The position numbers and the translations under genes were made by a program. This document shows positions 19,161 through 29,500 of a DNA stretch of 64,000 nt, in pieces. The notes below the pieces were generated by a model. That model did not search any database, was not told the DNA's origin, and saw only the letters and a list, made by a program, of their open reading frames with translations. The first letter of the stretch is position 1; each line of letters begins with the position of its first letter. The DNA is from an uncultured Planctomycetaceae bacterium (GTDB lineage: Bacteria > Planctomycetota > Phycisphaerae > SM23-33): positions 4,227-68,226 of the forward strand of contig CAZLBC010000017.1 in NCBI GenBank assembly GCA_964557575.1, read 5' to 3'.

Positions 19161-19391
19161 TTACGCTACACCAATCAATGCGTCTTCTGTTTTCTTCGGT
19201 AATTCTACCGGAACAAAATACTCCTGCGGGTACAAGTAGTCCTCTCCGGACTCATCTATTACTCTTAATTGGTTATGCTTCACGGCATCCGCATCCGGCA
19301 GTGCCTCGTAGATTTTTCGTCTCTCCAGTGAAGCAGGATAATCGTCATTGCGAATGCATATGACGAATTGATGTTCGCTCGAACGTCCCAT
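19161..19391 (-). CDS. Small conserved hypothetical protein (76 aa)
   Basis: FVICIRNDDYPASLERRKIY...LRVIDESGEDYLYP, recognised as a widespread small-protein pattern; GGAG RBS; lower GC than its neighbours. Confidence 0.65.
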   Translation of the reverse strand: MGRSSEHQFVICIRNDDYPASLERRKIYEALPDADAVKHNQLRVIDESGEDYLYPQEYFVPVELPKKTEDALIGVA

Positions 19392-19623
19392 AAACACTAC
19401 TCCAAATATCGGCTGAAGCCGTGTGTTATAGCAAATTGTCACGTTCAATCCCACGAAGTGAACGCACCAACGATCTGATGTTCTTTCCTGTTTCAATTGC
19501 CGATTCTTCTACAGCCCATTTCAGACATGGATTTACACCACATTGTTGTAACTGGAAAAACCGCCGGCGGGGCGGTATCATCTGTGCAACGAACCCGATT
19601 ATACGCGAAAAAGGCGGAATGAC

Positions 19624-22062
19624 ATGAACGGTATCGCGCAGGTCACGATCGTGCTCGCGGCCCTCGGGGCGGGCGGGGAGAATCTCCTGGACAACGGCGG
19701 CTTCGAGAAGGGGCTGGCGGGCTGGCACGACGTCTGGTCCCGGAAGAAAGGTGCCGCCGCGGCCGCCGTCGTCACCGCGGACCCCGCCGAGGGCAAGAAG
19801 GCCGTCCGCATCGAGCACACCGGGCGGGAAGACTGGAGCCTCGGGCACGGCACCCGCGTTCCCGTGAAGCCGGGGGACATCCTCGAGCTGACCGCCCGGG
19901 TCCGGGCGGCGGGCGAGGGCCGGGTCACCCTCTGCGTGGCCACGATCGGCGCCGACAAGAAAACCGCCGACTGGTCGTTCGGGGCCGCCGCGGCGAGCCG
20001 CACCGGGGGCTGGCGGACGCTGCGGTCGCGGTTCGTCGTCCCGCCCGGTATCGCGACCGTCTGGCCCCGCCTGATCGGCCGGGGGCCGGCGACGATTCAT
20101 GCCGACGCGGTCACACTCGTACGGGCCGGGACGCTGGACGACCTGCGGGCCGCGGACCTGCCGGCAACCGTCACGGCGCAAAACGAGCACCTGGCGGTCA
20201 CGTTCCACGCCGCCGACCCCGCCCTCACGGTCACCGACCGCCGGGCGAAACAGACCTGGAAACAACGGCAGGACGGCGGGCCGATCATCGCCCTCGGGGC
20301 GCAGAAGACCGCCGGCGGCCTCGCTGTCCGCCTGCTGGACCCGGGCTCGATGCTGGAGATCGCGGCGACGGTGCAGTTGGATAAGAAGACGCCGGAATGC
20401 GTCCTGACCCTGTCGGCGGAGGGCGAGATAAAGAACCCGATCCGGTTTCCGCCGCCGCTGGCCTCCCGGCGGGAGGACTTCCTGATCGCCCCGGTCAACG
20501 AGGGGATCGCCTACCCCGCCGCCGACGAGACGCTCAGGCCCATGCGGTACCACCTCTACGGCGGACACGGGTTGTGCATGCCGTGGTACGGCGCGACCGC
20601 GGGCGGCGACGGCTGGATGGCCATCGTGGAGACCGCCGACGACGCCGTCGTGGAGATCCCCCGCCGGGAGGGTCTGCTCTGCCTGGCCCCGGCGTGGCGG
20701 CCGCAGAAGGGGCGGTTCGGGCCGGCGCGGAAGATACGGTATGCCTTTTTTACGGCGGGCGGCTACACGGCCATGGCGAAGCGCTACCGCCGCTACGCGC
20801 AGGAAACCGGCCTGTTCCGGACGCTTGCCGAGAAGCGGAAGGCCAACCCGCACGTGGACCGGCTGGTGGGGGCGGTGAACGCCTGGTGCTGGGACCGGGA
20901 GGCCGTCTCGCTGTGCAGGGAGATGCGGGCGGCGGGGATCCGGCGAATCCTCTGGAGCAACCGCCTGCCGCCGGGCCAGTTGAAGGCCCTCAACGATATG
21001 GGTGTCCTCACCAGCCGCTACGACATCTACCAGGACGCGATGAACCCGAAGCACTTTCCCCGCCTGCGGTGGAAGCACGGCGACTGGACCAGCGACGCCT
21101 GGGCGAACGACGACATCGCCGTCGACGCGCAGGGCCGCCGGCTGCGGGGCTGGCGGGTCGAGGCGAAGGACGGGGAGATGATCCCCTGCGGCGTGCTCTG
21201 CGACAGCCGTGCGGTCGAGTACGCGCGGAAACGGATCCCGCCGGAACTGGAAACCCACCCCTACCGGTGCCGGTTTATCGACACCACCACCGCCTCACCG
21301 TGGCGGGAGTGCTACCACCCCGACCACCCGATGACCCGCACCGACAGCAAGCGCCACAAGATGCGGCTCCTGGCATACATCAGCAAAGACTGCGGGCTGG
21401 TGTGCGGCAGCGAGACCGGCCACGACGCGGCCGTCCCGCATGTCCACTACTTCGAGGGCATGCTGAGCCTCGGGCCCTACCGCGTCCCCGACGCCGGCCG
21501 GCAAATGCAGCGGACCTGGGACGAGGTGCCCGAGCGGGTGGCCACATTCCAGACCGGCCACTACTACCGGCTGCCGCTGTGGGAGCTGGTCTACCACGAC
21601 TGCGTGGTGGCCCAGTGGTACTGGGGCGACTACAACAACAAGCTCCCGGACCTCTGGGACCGCCGCGACCTCTGGAACGCCCTCTACGGCACCCCGCCGA
21701 TGTTCATGTTCGACCGGAAGAAGTGGCACCGGCTGAAGGACCGCTTCGTCCGCAGCTACCGGACGGCGACGCCCGTCGCCCGCGCGACCGGTTACCGCGA
21801 GATGCTCTCCCACGAGTGGCTGACCGCCGACCACGCCGTCCAGCAAACCCGGTTTGCCGGCGGCATCACCGTTACCGTCAACTTCGGCGACGAGCCCTTC
21901 ACGCTGCCCGACGGCCGGCTGATCGCGGCGCTCGGCTATTGCGTCGAGGGCGTCGATATGAACGTGAAACAGGCCCGGGGACTGTCCCGATTTTTCGCAG
22001 AAAAACGGGACCGTCCCCCCCGGTCGCCTGAAAACGGCGGCACTTTTCGGTATAATAATTGA
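19624..22062 (+). CDS. Putative glycoside hydrolase (GH129/GH101-like) with N-terminal CBM4/9-like domain
   Basis: NLL.NGGFE start of the CBM; FIDTTTA, GSETG.D and LPLWELVYHDC motifs; the tail runs through a palindromic repeat. Confidence 0.6.
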   Translation: MNGIAQVTIVLAALGAGGENLLDNGGFEKGLAGWHDVWSRKKGAAAAAVVTADPAEGKKAVRIEHTGREDWSLGHGTRVPVKPGDILELTARVRAAGEGRVTLCVATIGADKKTADWSFGAAAASRTGGWRTLRSRFVVPPGIATVWPRLIGRGPATIHADAVTLVRAGTLDDLRAADLPATVTAQNEHLAVTFHAADPALTVTDRRAKQTWKQRQDGGPIIALGAQKTAGGLAVRLLDPGSMLEIAATVQLDKKTPECVLTLSAEGEIKNPIRFPPPLASRREDFLIAPVNEGIAYPAADETLRPMRYHLYGGHGLCMPWYGATAGGDGWMAIVETADDAVVEIPRREGLLCLAPAWRPQKGRFGPARKIRYAFFTAGGYTAMAKRYRRYAQETGLFRTLAEKRKANPHVDRLVGAVNAWCWDREAVSLCREMRAAGIRRILWSNRLPPGQLKALNDMGVLTSRYDIYQDAMNPKHFPRLRWKHGDWTSDAWANDDIAVDAQGRRLRGWRVEAKDGEMIPCGVLCDSRAVEYARKRIPPELETHPYRCRFIDTTTASPWRECYHPDHPMTRTDSKRHKMRLLAYISKDCGLVCGSETGHDAAVPHVHYFEGMLSLGPYRVPDAGRQMQRTWDEVPERVATFQTGHYYRLPLWELVYHDCVVAQWYWGDYNNKLPDLWDRRDLWNALYGTPPMFMFDRKKWHRLKDRFVRSYRTATPVARATGYREMLSHEWLTADHAVQQTRFAGGITVTVNFGDEPFTLPDGRLIAALGYCVEGVDMNVKQARGLSRFFAEKRDRPPRSPENGGTFRYNN
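21978..22017. repeat. REP-like palindromic element, copy 1
   Basis: GGGACTGTCCC-gatttttcgcagaaaaac-GGGACCGTCCC. Confidence 0.7.
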
Positions 22063-22092
22063 AACGAATTCTTCCCCGGGAGGTACCACGAC

Positions 22093-23058
22093 ATGAGCGA
22101 AAAGAACAACATCAACCGGCGCGGTTTCGTGAAGGGATCGATCCTCACCCCGGCGACCGCGGCGGCGGCGCTGACCCTGGAGGAGCGGATCCTCGACGCG
22201 GCGCAAAAGAAGGGCGCCGCGGCCCCGAAGAACAAGGGCCCGGCCGGCGACATGCCGATGGGAACAATCGCCGGCGTCGCGTTCAGCCGGATGATCTGCG
22301 GGGGCAACATCCTCGCCGGGTATGCCCATGCCCGGGACCTGGTATACGTTTCCTCCCTCATGAAAAAATACAACACCGAGGAGCGGGTGATGGACACCCT
22401 GCAACTCTGCGAGGAGCACGGCATCAACTCGTTTTTGATCAACCCCACCCAGCGGACGCGGAAGATCGCGAAGCGGTACTGGAAGGAACGGGGCGGGAAG
22501 ATCAAGTGGATCGTCGACAGCCGCCCGGAACTCAAGGACATCAAGCCCCGCCTGGAGATGGCGATGGAGGCCGGCGCGGCGGCCATCTACGTCAACGGCG
22601 GCTGGGCCGAGCGGTGGGTCCGCGAGGGGAAGACGGAGATGCTCGGGAAGGTGGTGGAATTCATCCGGAAGGCCGGGATGCCGGCGGGCATCGGCGGCCA
22701 CCTGCTGGACGTGCCCGTGGCCTGCCACAAGGCGGGGATCAAGCCCGACTTCTACATGAAGACGCTCCACAGCAGGAAGTACTGGTCGGCGCAGGCCGAG
22801 CGGGAGCACGACAACATCTGGTGCCGGAAACCCGCGGAGACCATCGCGTTCATGAAGAAGATCGACGTGCCCTGGATCGCCTACAAGACGCTCGCGGCCG
22901 GCGCGATCAACCCCACGGTCGGCTTCAAGTATGCCCTCCGGAACGGGGCCGACTTCCTGTGCGTCGGCATGTTCGACTTCCAGGTCGCCGACGACGTACA
23001 GATCTTCAAGGGGCTGATGAAGCGCACCATCAAGCGGGACCGCCCCTGGTACGGCTAA
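22093..23058 (+). CDS. TAT-exported aldo/keto-reductase-like TIM-barrel protein
   Basis: NRRGFVK twin-arginine signal; SRMICGGN and WIAYKTLAAGAI motifs; GGAGG RBS. Confidence 0.6.
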   Translation: MSEKNNINRRGFVKGSILTPATAAAALTLEERILDAAQKKGAAAPKNKGPAGDMPMGTIAGVAFSRMICGGNILAGYAHARDLVYVSSLMKKYNTEERVMDTLQLCEEHGINSFLINPTQRTRKIAKRYWKERGGKIKWIVDSRPELKDIKPRLEMAMEAGAAAIYVNGGWAERWVREGKTEMLGKVVEFIRKAGMPAGIGGHLLDVPVACHKAGIKPDFYMKTLHSRKYWSAQAEREHDNIWCRKPAETIAFMKKIDVPWIAYKTLAAGAINPTVGFKYALRNGADFLCVGMFDFQVADDVQIFKGLMKRTIKRDRPWYG

Positions 23059-23059
23059 G

Positions 23060-23100
23060 GGGACTGCCCCGATTTTTTAACAGAATAACGGCACTGTCCC
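23060..23100. repeat. REP-like palindromic element, copy 2
   Basis: GGGACTGCCCC-gattttttaacagaataac-GGCACTGTCCC, alignable with 21978-22017. Confidence 0.7.
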
Positions 23101-23134
23101 CCGCGGTCCCGCGGACAGCAACCGGAGACATTCC

Positions 23135-26100
23135 ATGAAGCACATCGCGGCCGCGGTCGTTTTCTGCTCACTGATTCCCTGCCGGGCGCAGGACGCCCCG
23201 GCGGAAAAGATACTCGACGCCAGCGGCGTCCGCGGCGGCCTGGTCGTGTATATCGGCCCCGACGCCGAACGGGCGGCCGGCCTGCGGGGCGGCGGACGGT
23301 GCCTGGTCCAGATGCTCTGCACCGACGCTACCGCTGTCGAAGCGGCCCGGCGGCAATTGCGGGACCGGGGGATCTGCGGACCGGTGTCCGCGACCGCCTT
23401 CGACGGGGCCGCGCTGCCCTACGTCGACAACCTGGTGAACCTGGCGGTCGTCGGCGCGCGGTGCGCCGTCACGGCCGCCGAACTGAACCGGGTCCTGGCG
23501 CCCGGCGGGACGGCCATGGTCGCCCCGGGAGTCGACATCGCGGGCCTGCCGGCGGGCGGCGGAAACCGGCTGCCCGGCTGGAAGGGGCTGCGGAAGCCCG
23601 TCGACGACGAGCGCGACGAGTGGACTCACTACTACTACGACGCCGGCGGGAATCCCGTCTCCCGGGACACGATCGTCGGGCCGCCCCACCGCCTCCAGTG
23701 GGTCGGGAGCCCGCGGTGGGCCCGCCACCACGACCACCTGTCCAGCTTCAACGCGATGGTCTCCGCCGGCGGCAGGATCTTCTACATCTTCGACGAGGGC
23801 CCCACGTCGGCGATCCAGCTTCCCCCGGACTGGCGACTGACGGCCCGGGACGCCTACAACGGGACGGTCCTGTGGCGGCGGCGGATCGAGAACTGGAACA
23901 CCCACGTCTGGCAGCTCAAGAGCGGGCCCGCCCAGTTGCCCCGGCGCCTGGTCGCCGCCGGTGAGCGGGTCTACGTCACCCCGGGGCTCGGGAAGCCGGT
24001 GGTCGCGCTGGACGCGGCCACCGGTGAAACGGTGCGGACCTACGCGGGAACGGCCGGGACCGAGGAGATCATTTTCTCGCGGGGCGTCCTGCTGGCGGTG
24101 ATCGACCCGGCGGCCCCGGCCCGCCCCTGGTCGACGCAAGAGGCGTACGCATCCATTCGCGATGTCCGCCGGGAATCCGAACGCTGGCAGTGGCGGCCCG
24201 ACGACCGCCGCGTCACGGCGATCGACGCCGAAACGGGCACGCGGCGGTGGCAGGTGGCGACCCCCGTCGCGCCGATGACGCTCGCGGCGGACGCCGAACG
24301 GGTGTTTCTCCACGACGGGACGCGCGTCGTCTGCCTCGGCCGCAGCGACGGCGAGACGCGCTGGCAATCGAAGCCCCTGCCCCGCGCCGAGCCGATCCGC
24401 TCCTGGTTCGGCCCGCGGCTCCTGGTCGGCGGTGGGGTGGTGGTCTTCGCCGGCGGGGAGAAGATCGTCCGGCACCGGGGCGGGAAAGACACGATGACCG
24501 CCCTCGACGCGAAGACCGGGAAGGCGCTCTGGACGGCGCCGCATCCGCCCTCCGGATACGATTCGCCGGAGGACGTCTTCGTCGTCGACGGCCTGGTGTG
24601 GACCGCGCCCACCACCAACCGGCGGGACAGCGGCCGGTTCACCGCCCGGAAGCTGCAAACCGGGAAGGTCGTGCGGTCGTTTCCGGCCGACGACGGGAAC
24701 CACATGCCCCACCACCGCTGCCACAGCGCGCGGGCGACGGAACAATACATCCTCGCCTCGCGGACCGGGATCGAGTACGTGGACCTCGCCGCCGGACACT
24801 GGAACCGCAACGACTGGGTGCGGGGCGCGTGCCTCTACGGGATCATGCCGGCCAACGGGCTGACCTACGCCCCCTACCACAGTTGCGCCTGCTACATCCT
24901 CGCCAAGCTCAACGGCTTCAACGCCCTGGCAACCCGCCGGGGAGCTCAGCGGATGCCGGTGGAGGTCTCCGACGCCGGCCGCCTGGAGCGGGGCCCCGCC
25001 GGCGATGCCATCACGGCCGAAGTCCCCGCCGGGAAGGACGACTGGCCGACGTACCGCCGCGACCCGTCGCGCAGCGGCAGTACGCCCGCCGCGGTGCCCG
25101 CCCAACTCGCGCCGGCCTGGAAAAGCGAGATCGGCGGCCGGCTCAGCGCCCTGACCGTCGCCCGGGGGCGGGTCTACGCGGCCGCGGTCGACGTTCACAC
25201 CCTGCACGCGATCGACGCCGCGTCCGGCGAGACGGCCTGGACCTTCACCGCCGGCGCCCGGATCGACTCACCGCCGACCGTGTGGCGGGGGCGGGTGCTG
25301 TTCGGCGCTGCCGACGGCCGGGTCTACTGCCTGCGGGCCGCCGACGGCCGCCCGGCGTGGCGGTTCCGCGCGGCCCCCCGCGATCGGCGCATGACGGCGT
25401 GGGAGCAGGTCGAGAGCGCGTGGCCGGTCCACGGCGGCGTCCTGGTCCTGGAAGAGGACGGCGGCGGCACGCCCCGCGGCATCGTGTATGCCGTCGCCGG
25501 GCGGTCGCTGTTCCTCGACGGCGGCCTCCGCCTGCTCCGGCTCGACGCCCGCAGCGGCGCGAAGATATCCGAGAACGTCATGACCGACCGCCACCCGGAG
25601 ACGGGAAAACCGCTGGACGCGAAAATCGCCTGGCCGGACCTGCCGACCGCCCTGCCCGACATCCTCTCCTGCGACGGGACGAACATCTACATGCGGGCCC
25701 AGCGGTTCGACCGGGCGGGCAACCGGGTCGCCGTCGCGCCGCCGGGCGACTTCAAAAAGCAGGCCGGCGCGGGGGCCCACCTGTTCTGCCCGACCGGGTT
25801 TCTCGACGACGCCTGGTGGCACCGGTCCTACTGGCTATGGGGCAAAAACCCCGGGTCCGCCGCCGGCCGATGGTACGCCGCGGCCTACCACGCCCCCGTC
25901 GGCCGGATCATGTCGGTCAGCGGGGACTGCGTCTACGCCTTCGGGCGCACACCGCAGCACTTCCGGCAGACGACCTCCCTGGAGTATCACCTCTTCAGGG
26001 CGAAGAAGGAACCGAAGGTCGTGCAGACCGGGAAGCGGCGCAAGCGGTGGCACCCCGACCCCCACCGGCCGGTCTGCGACTGGTCGATCGAGATCCCCCT

Positions 26101-26407
26101 CCTCGGCCGCGCCCTCCTGGTCGCCGGCGGCCGGGTATTCGTCGCCGGCCCCCCGGACCTGGTCGACACGCGGGTGACGCAACGGAACTGGGGCGACGCC
26201 GAAAGCCAAAAACGGCTTGCCGCCCAGGCCGCGGCCCTGGCCGGCAAGAAGGGCGGGCTCCTGAATGTCTACGCCGCCGCGGACGGGACGGCGGTATCGT
26301 CGCTGCAACTCGCGTCGCCGCCGGTCTTCGACGGCCTCGCCGCCGCGGGCGGCCGGCTGTACCTCGCCGCCGTGGACGGCAGCGTCGTCTGCCTGCAGAA
26401 AAGGTAA
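23135..26407 (+). CDS. Large secreted protein: degenerate class I SAM-methyltransferase-like domain + two PQQ-like beta-propellers (paralog A)
   Basis: GGLVVYIG...LPYVDNLVNL...RVLAPGG; propeller repeats; DWPTYR.D..RSG; HHRC...RGAC...PANG...HSCAC cluster. Confidence 0.8.
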   Translation: MKHIAAAVVFCSLIPCRAQDAPAEKILDASGVRGGLVVYIGPDAERAAGLRGGGRCLVQMLCTDATAVEAARRQLRDRGICGPVSATAFDGAALPYVDNLVNLAVVGARCAVTAAELNRVLAPGGTAMVAPGVDIAGLPAGGGNRLPGWKGLRKPVDDERDEWTHYYYDAGGNPVSRDTIVGPPHRLQWVGSPRWARHHDHLSSFNAMVSAGGRIFYIFDEGPTSAIQLPPDWRLTARDAYNGTVLWRRRIENWNTHVWQLKSGPAQLPRRLVAAGERVYVTPGLGKPVVALDAATGETVRTYAGTAGTEEIIFSRGVLLAVIDPAAPARPWSTQEAYASIRDVRRESERWQWRPDDRRVTAIDAETGTRRWQVATPVAPMTLAADAERVFLHDGTRVVCLGRSDGETRWQSKPLPRAEPIRSWFGPRLLVGGGVVVFAGGEKIVRHRGGKDTMTALDAKTGKALWTAPHPPSGYDSPEDVFVVDGLVWTAPTTNRRDSGRFTARKLQTGKVVRSFPADDGNHMPHHRCHSARATEQYILASRTGIEYVDLAAGHWNRNDWVRGACLYGIMPANGLTYAPYHSCACYILAKLNGFNALATRRGAQRMPVEVSDAGRLERGPAGDAITAEVPAGKDDWPTYRRDPSRSGSTPAAVPAQLAPAWKSEIGGRLSALTVARGRVYAAAVDVHTLHAIDAASGETAWTFTAGARIDSPPTVWRGRVLFGAADGRVYCLRAADGRPAWRFRAAPRDRRMTAWEQVESAWPVHGGVLVLEEDGGGTPRGIVYAVAGRSLFLDGGLRLLRLDARSGAKISENVMTDRHPETGKPLDAKIAWPDLPTALPDILSCDGTNIYMRAQRFDRAGNRVAVAPPGDFKKQAGAGAHLFCPTGFLDDAWWHRSYWLWGKNPGSAAGRWYAAAYHAPVGRIMSVSGDCVYAFGRTPQHFRQTTSLEYHLFRAKKEPKVVQTGKRRKRWHPDPHRPVCDWSIEIPLLGRALLVAGGRVFVAGPPDLVDTRVTQRNWGDAESQKRLAAQAAALAGKKGGLLNVYAAADGTAVSSLQLASPPVFDGLAAAGGRLYLAAVDGSVVCLQKR

Positions 26408-26580
26408 CAGGCGTCCTGTTTTTTTGCCGACGGCGAGAAACAACAACGGATGGCACCTCTTACGACGCGATTCCATCCCCCGCTTATGCCAGGAAGAACT
26501 ACGAGCGATGGGGTTGATTGAAACTATGACACAGTGTGACATGATGTATAATCACGCTATAGCAAAAGAAAGGCAGGCTC

Positions 26581-29500
26581 ATGAAAACAGTGCATGGTTT
26601 TATTGTGATGCTGTCGGTTGCGGGCACCGCCTCTGCGGCTGCGGGGGCAGAGGCATGTGGCGTTGACGGCGGCATATACGTGCAGATCGGGTGTGATGAT
26701 CCCGACGCACTGACGGCATTGAAGGCCGACAACTGTATCGTCCAGGGACTGGCGACGGATCAAGTGAAGGTGCTCACGGCACGAAGGGCAATAGCGGCAA
26801 AAGGTATGTACGGGCCCGTTTCGGCCGAAGTCTATGACGGCACGGCGCTGCCCTATATATCCGATACCGTAAATCTTCTCGTGGTTGCCTGCGATAAATG
26901 CGCTGTCCCGGTGGAAGAGATTCAACGCGTTCTCTGCCCCGGCGGCGTTGCCCTGGTAAAGGGAAAAAAGATCGTCAAACCCGTCCCCGGCAACACGTCC
27001 GACTGGGGGCATTTTCTCTACGACGCTTCGGGCAATGCCGTTTCGCCCGATACTGCCGTCGACGTGCCCTACAACATCCAGTGGAAAGGCGGCCCGAAAT
27101 GGGCACGAAGCCACGATCGCCTGTCATCTCTCTGTTCGCTGGTTTCAAGTGACGGCAAGATCTTCTACATCTTCGACGAAGGCATGACTGAAGATTTCTA
27201 CTATCCGCCCAGGTGGAACATGATCTGCCGGGACGCGTACAACGGCATAGTCCTGTGGAAACGGGACGTCGGCAAATGGGAAGACCACTGGCGCGCGTTC
27301 AGATCCGGCCCGACACAGTTGAACCGGCGCGTCGTCTCTGCCGGCGACAAGGTGTACGCATCGCTCGGTCTCGGTCAGCCGATACAGGTTATAGATGCGG
27401 CAAACGGGAAGACCATTCGCACTCTTAAGGGAACCGAGGGTGCCGAGGACATCATAGAAAAAGACGGCGTCCTCTATCTCATCGCCCTTCCCTTCGACGG
27501 CGAGCCAGCGGATTACCAGTCGATGTTCAAAGGTCGTTCGCGGCCCGGGCTGCAGAAAAAGATCATGGCGGTCGATACTTCAACGGGCACAATCCTCTGG
27601 GCGAAGAACGACAAGGACACCCTCGGCATTCTGCCGGTTACGCTGATAGTGGATAAGAACAATGTCTATTTCCAGTCACGGAACACGGTCATCGCCCTGG
27701 ACAAGAAGACGGGCAAGCAGAAGTGGAAGACACTGAGGCGTTCGGCCGAGAGCAGACCGTCGAATTTTACGCCGGCACTTCTCGTCTACAAGGATGTCGT
27801 TATATCCGTTGACAATCTGCCGGGGTCGGGCAAGGTTAAAAAGAAGGGGAACATGCCCGCTGAAGGCGAACTCAGGGAACAGGAAAATATCCTCTGGTCT
27901 TTCAGCGCCGGGGCGACATCGATCAAGGGCGAGCTGGTGGCGATGGACGCGGAAACGGGAAAGAAACTGTGGACGACGGACGCCATGGCCGCCTACGGCG
28001 CGCAGATGGACTGCTTCGTAGTGAACGATCTTGTTTACGTAGGCAAAAAGGCCAGGAGACACACGGCGGACTTTGAGCAGGCGCACGATTACCGCACGGG
28101 TGAAGTCAGGAACGAGATACAGACGGCCTCTGCTTTCACCAGAACGCATCATCACCGCTGCTGGCGCAACAAGGCCACGTGCAGGTACATCATCATGGGA
28201 CGGACGGGTATCGAGTTGATCGGTTTCGACGGCACGCTCGCCATGCAGAATGCTTATATAAGGGGCAACTGCGAATACGGTATCATGCCGGCCAACGGCA
28301 TGATATATGCGCCGCCCCATTCCTGCGGGTGTTATATACAGGTCAAACTGAGCGGCTTCTTTGCGTTCTCGCCAAAGGACAAGAACCCCCTGGCCGGCCA
28401 GAAACCGGAGAACAAGCTCGCCAAGGGTCCGGCGTTTGCCCGGGTCTCGGGTCCCGGCAAGAATGCCGCGTCGGACTGGCCGACGTACAGGTGTGACGCC
28501 GCAAGGAGCGGAGGGACGGCATCACCGGTCGGTTCCGATCTCAAGCTCATCTGGAAGAAGAAACTGCCGGGAAGGATCACGGCTTCCGTTGTCGCCGGCA
28601 ATTCGGTCTTTGTGGCGGCGAGAGACAGCCACGTTCTCCATGCCCTGGACCGGGCGAGGGGGAAGACGGAATGGGAGTTCCGTGCCGGGGCGAGGATAGA
28701 TTCTCCTCCGACGATTATCGGCAATACGCTCTATTTCGGTTCCCGTGACGGCTGGGTCTACGCGCTCATCAAGGACTCGGGCGAACTGGCGTGGAAGTTC
28801 AGGGCCGCGAAATCTGATAGAAAAAACAGCGTGTACGGCCAGCTCGAATCCGTCTGGCCGGTTCACGGATCCGTGCTTTTCCTGGACGGTGCGATCTACT
28901 TCGCGGCCGGCAGATCGAGCTATCTTGATGACGGCCTGTATATCTACACGCTCGACTGTAAAACAGGCGGGATACTCATGGAAAAAAAGATGTGGTCCAG
29001 AAACCCGAAGACGGGCGACCAGGAGCCGAACAAGGGTCACAATCTGCCGGGCGGACTGAACGATATCCTCGCAAGCGACGGAGAGACAATCTTCATGCGC
29101 GATTTCCAGATGCACCTCGACAGCATTCCCGAAGGGTACACGATCAAGGGCGTACTGCCTTCGAATCTGAAGCCGCGCATCCACAATACTGCCGGATACC
29201 TCGACGACACCTGGGCCCATCGCACGTACTGGCAGTACGGGACGAAGCAGGGATCGGCCTACGGCGGATGGAAGAGACCCGGCACGTCCACCTACTCGGG
29301 GCGCATCATGGTGCGCGACGGAGACGATGTCTACGGCTACGGCAGAAGGGGTCTGGACAATGACTTCAGGTCGTCCCCGAAGCTCGGTTTTTACGGAAAA
29401 CGCGATATCCATCTGTACAGAGCATCCGTAGCGATTCAATCCAAATCGACTCCGACACCGGCACCGGCAAAGAAACCCGCGAAGAAATCAAAGAATAGAA

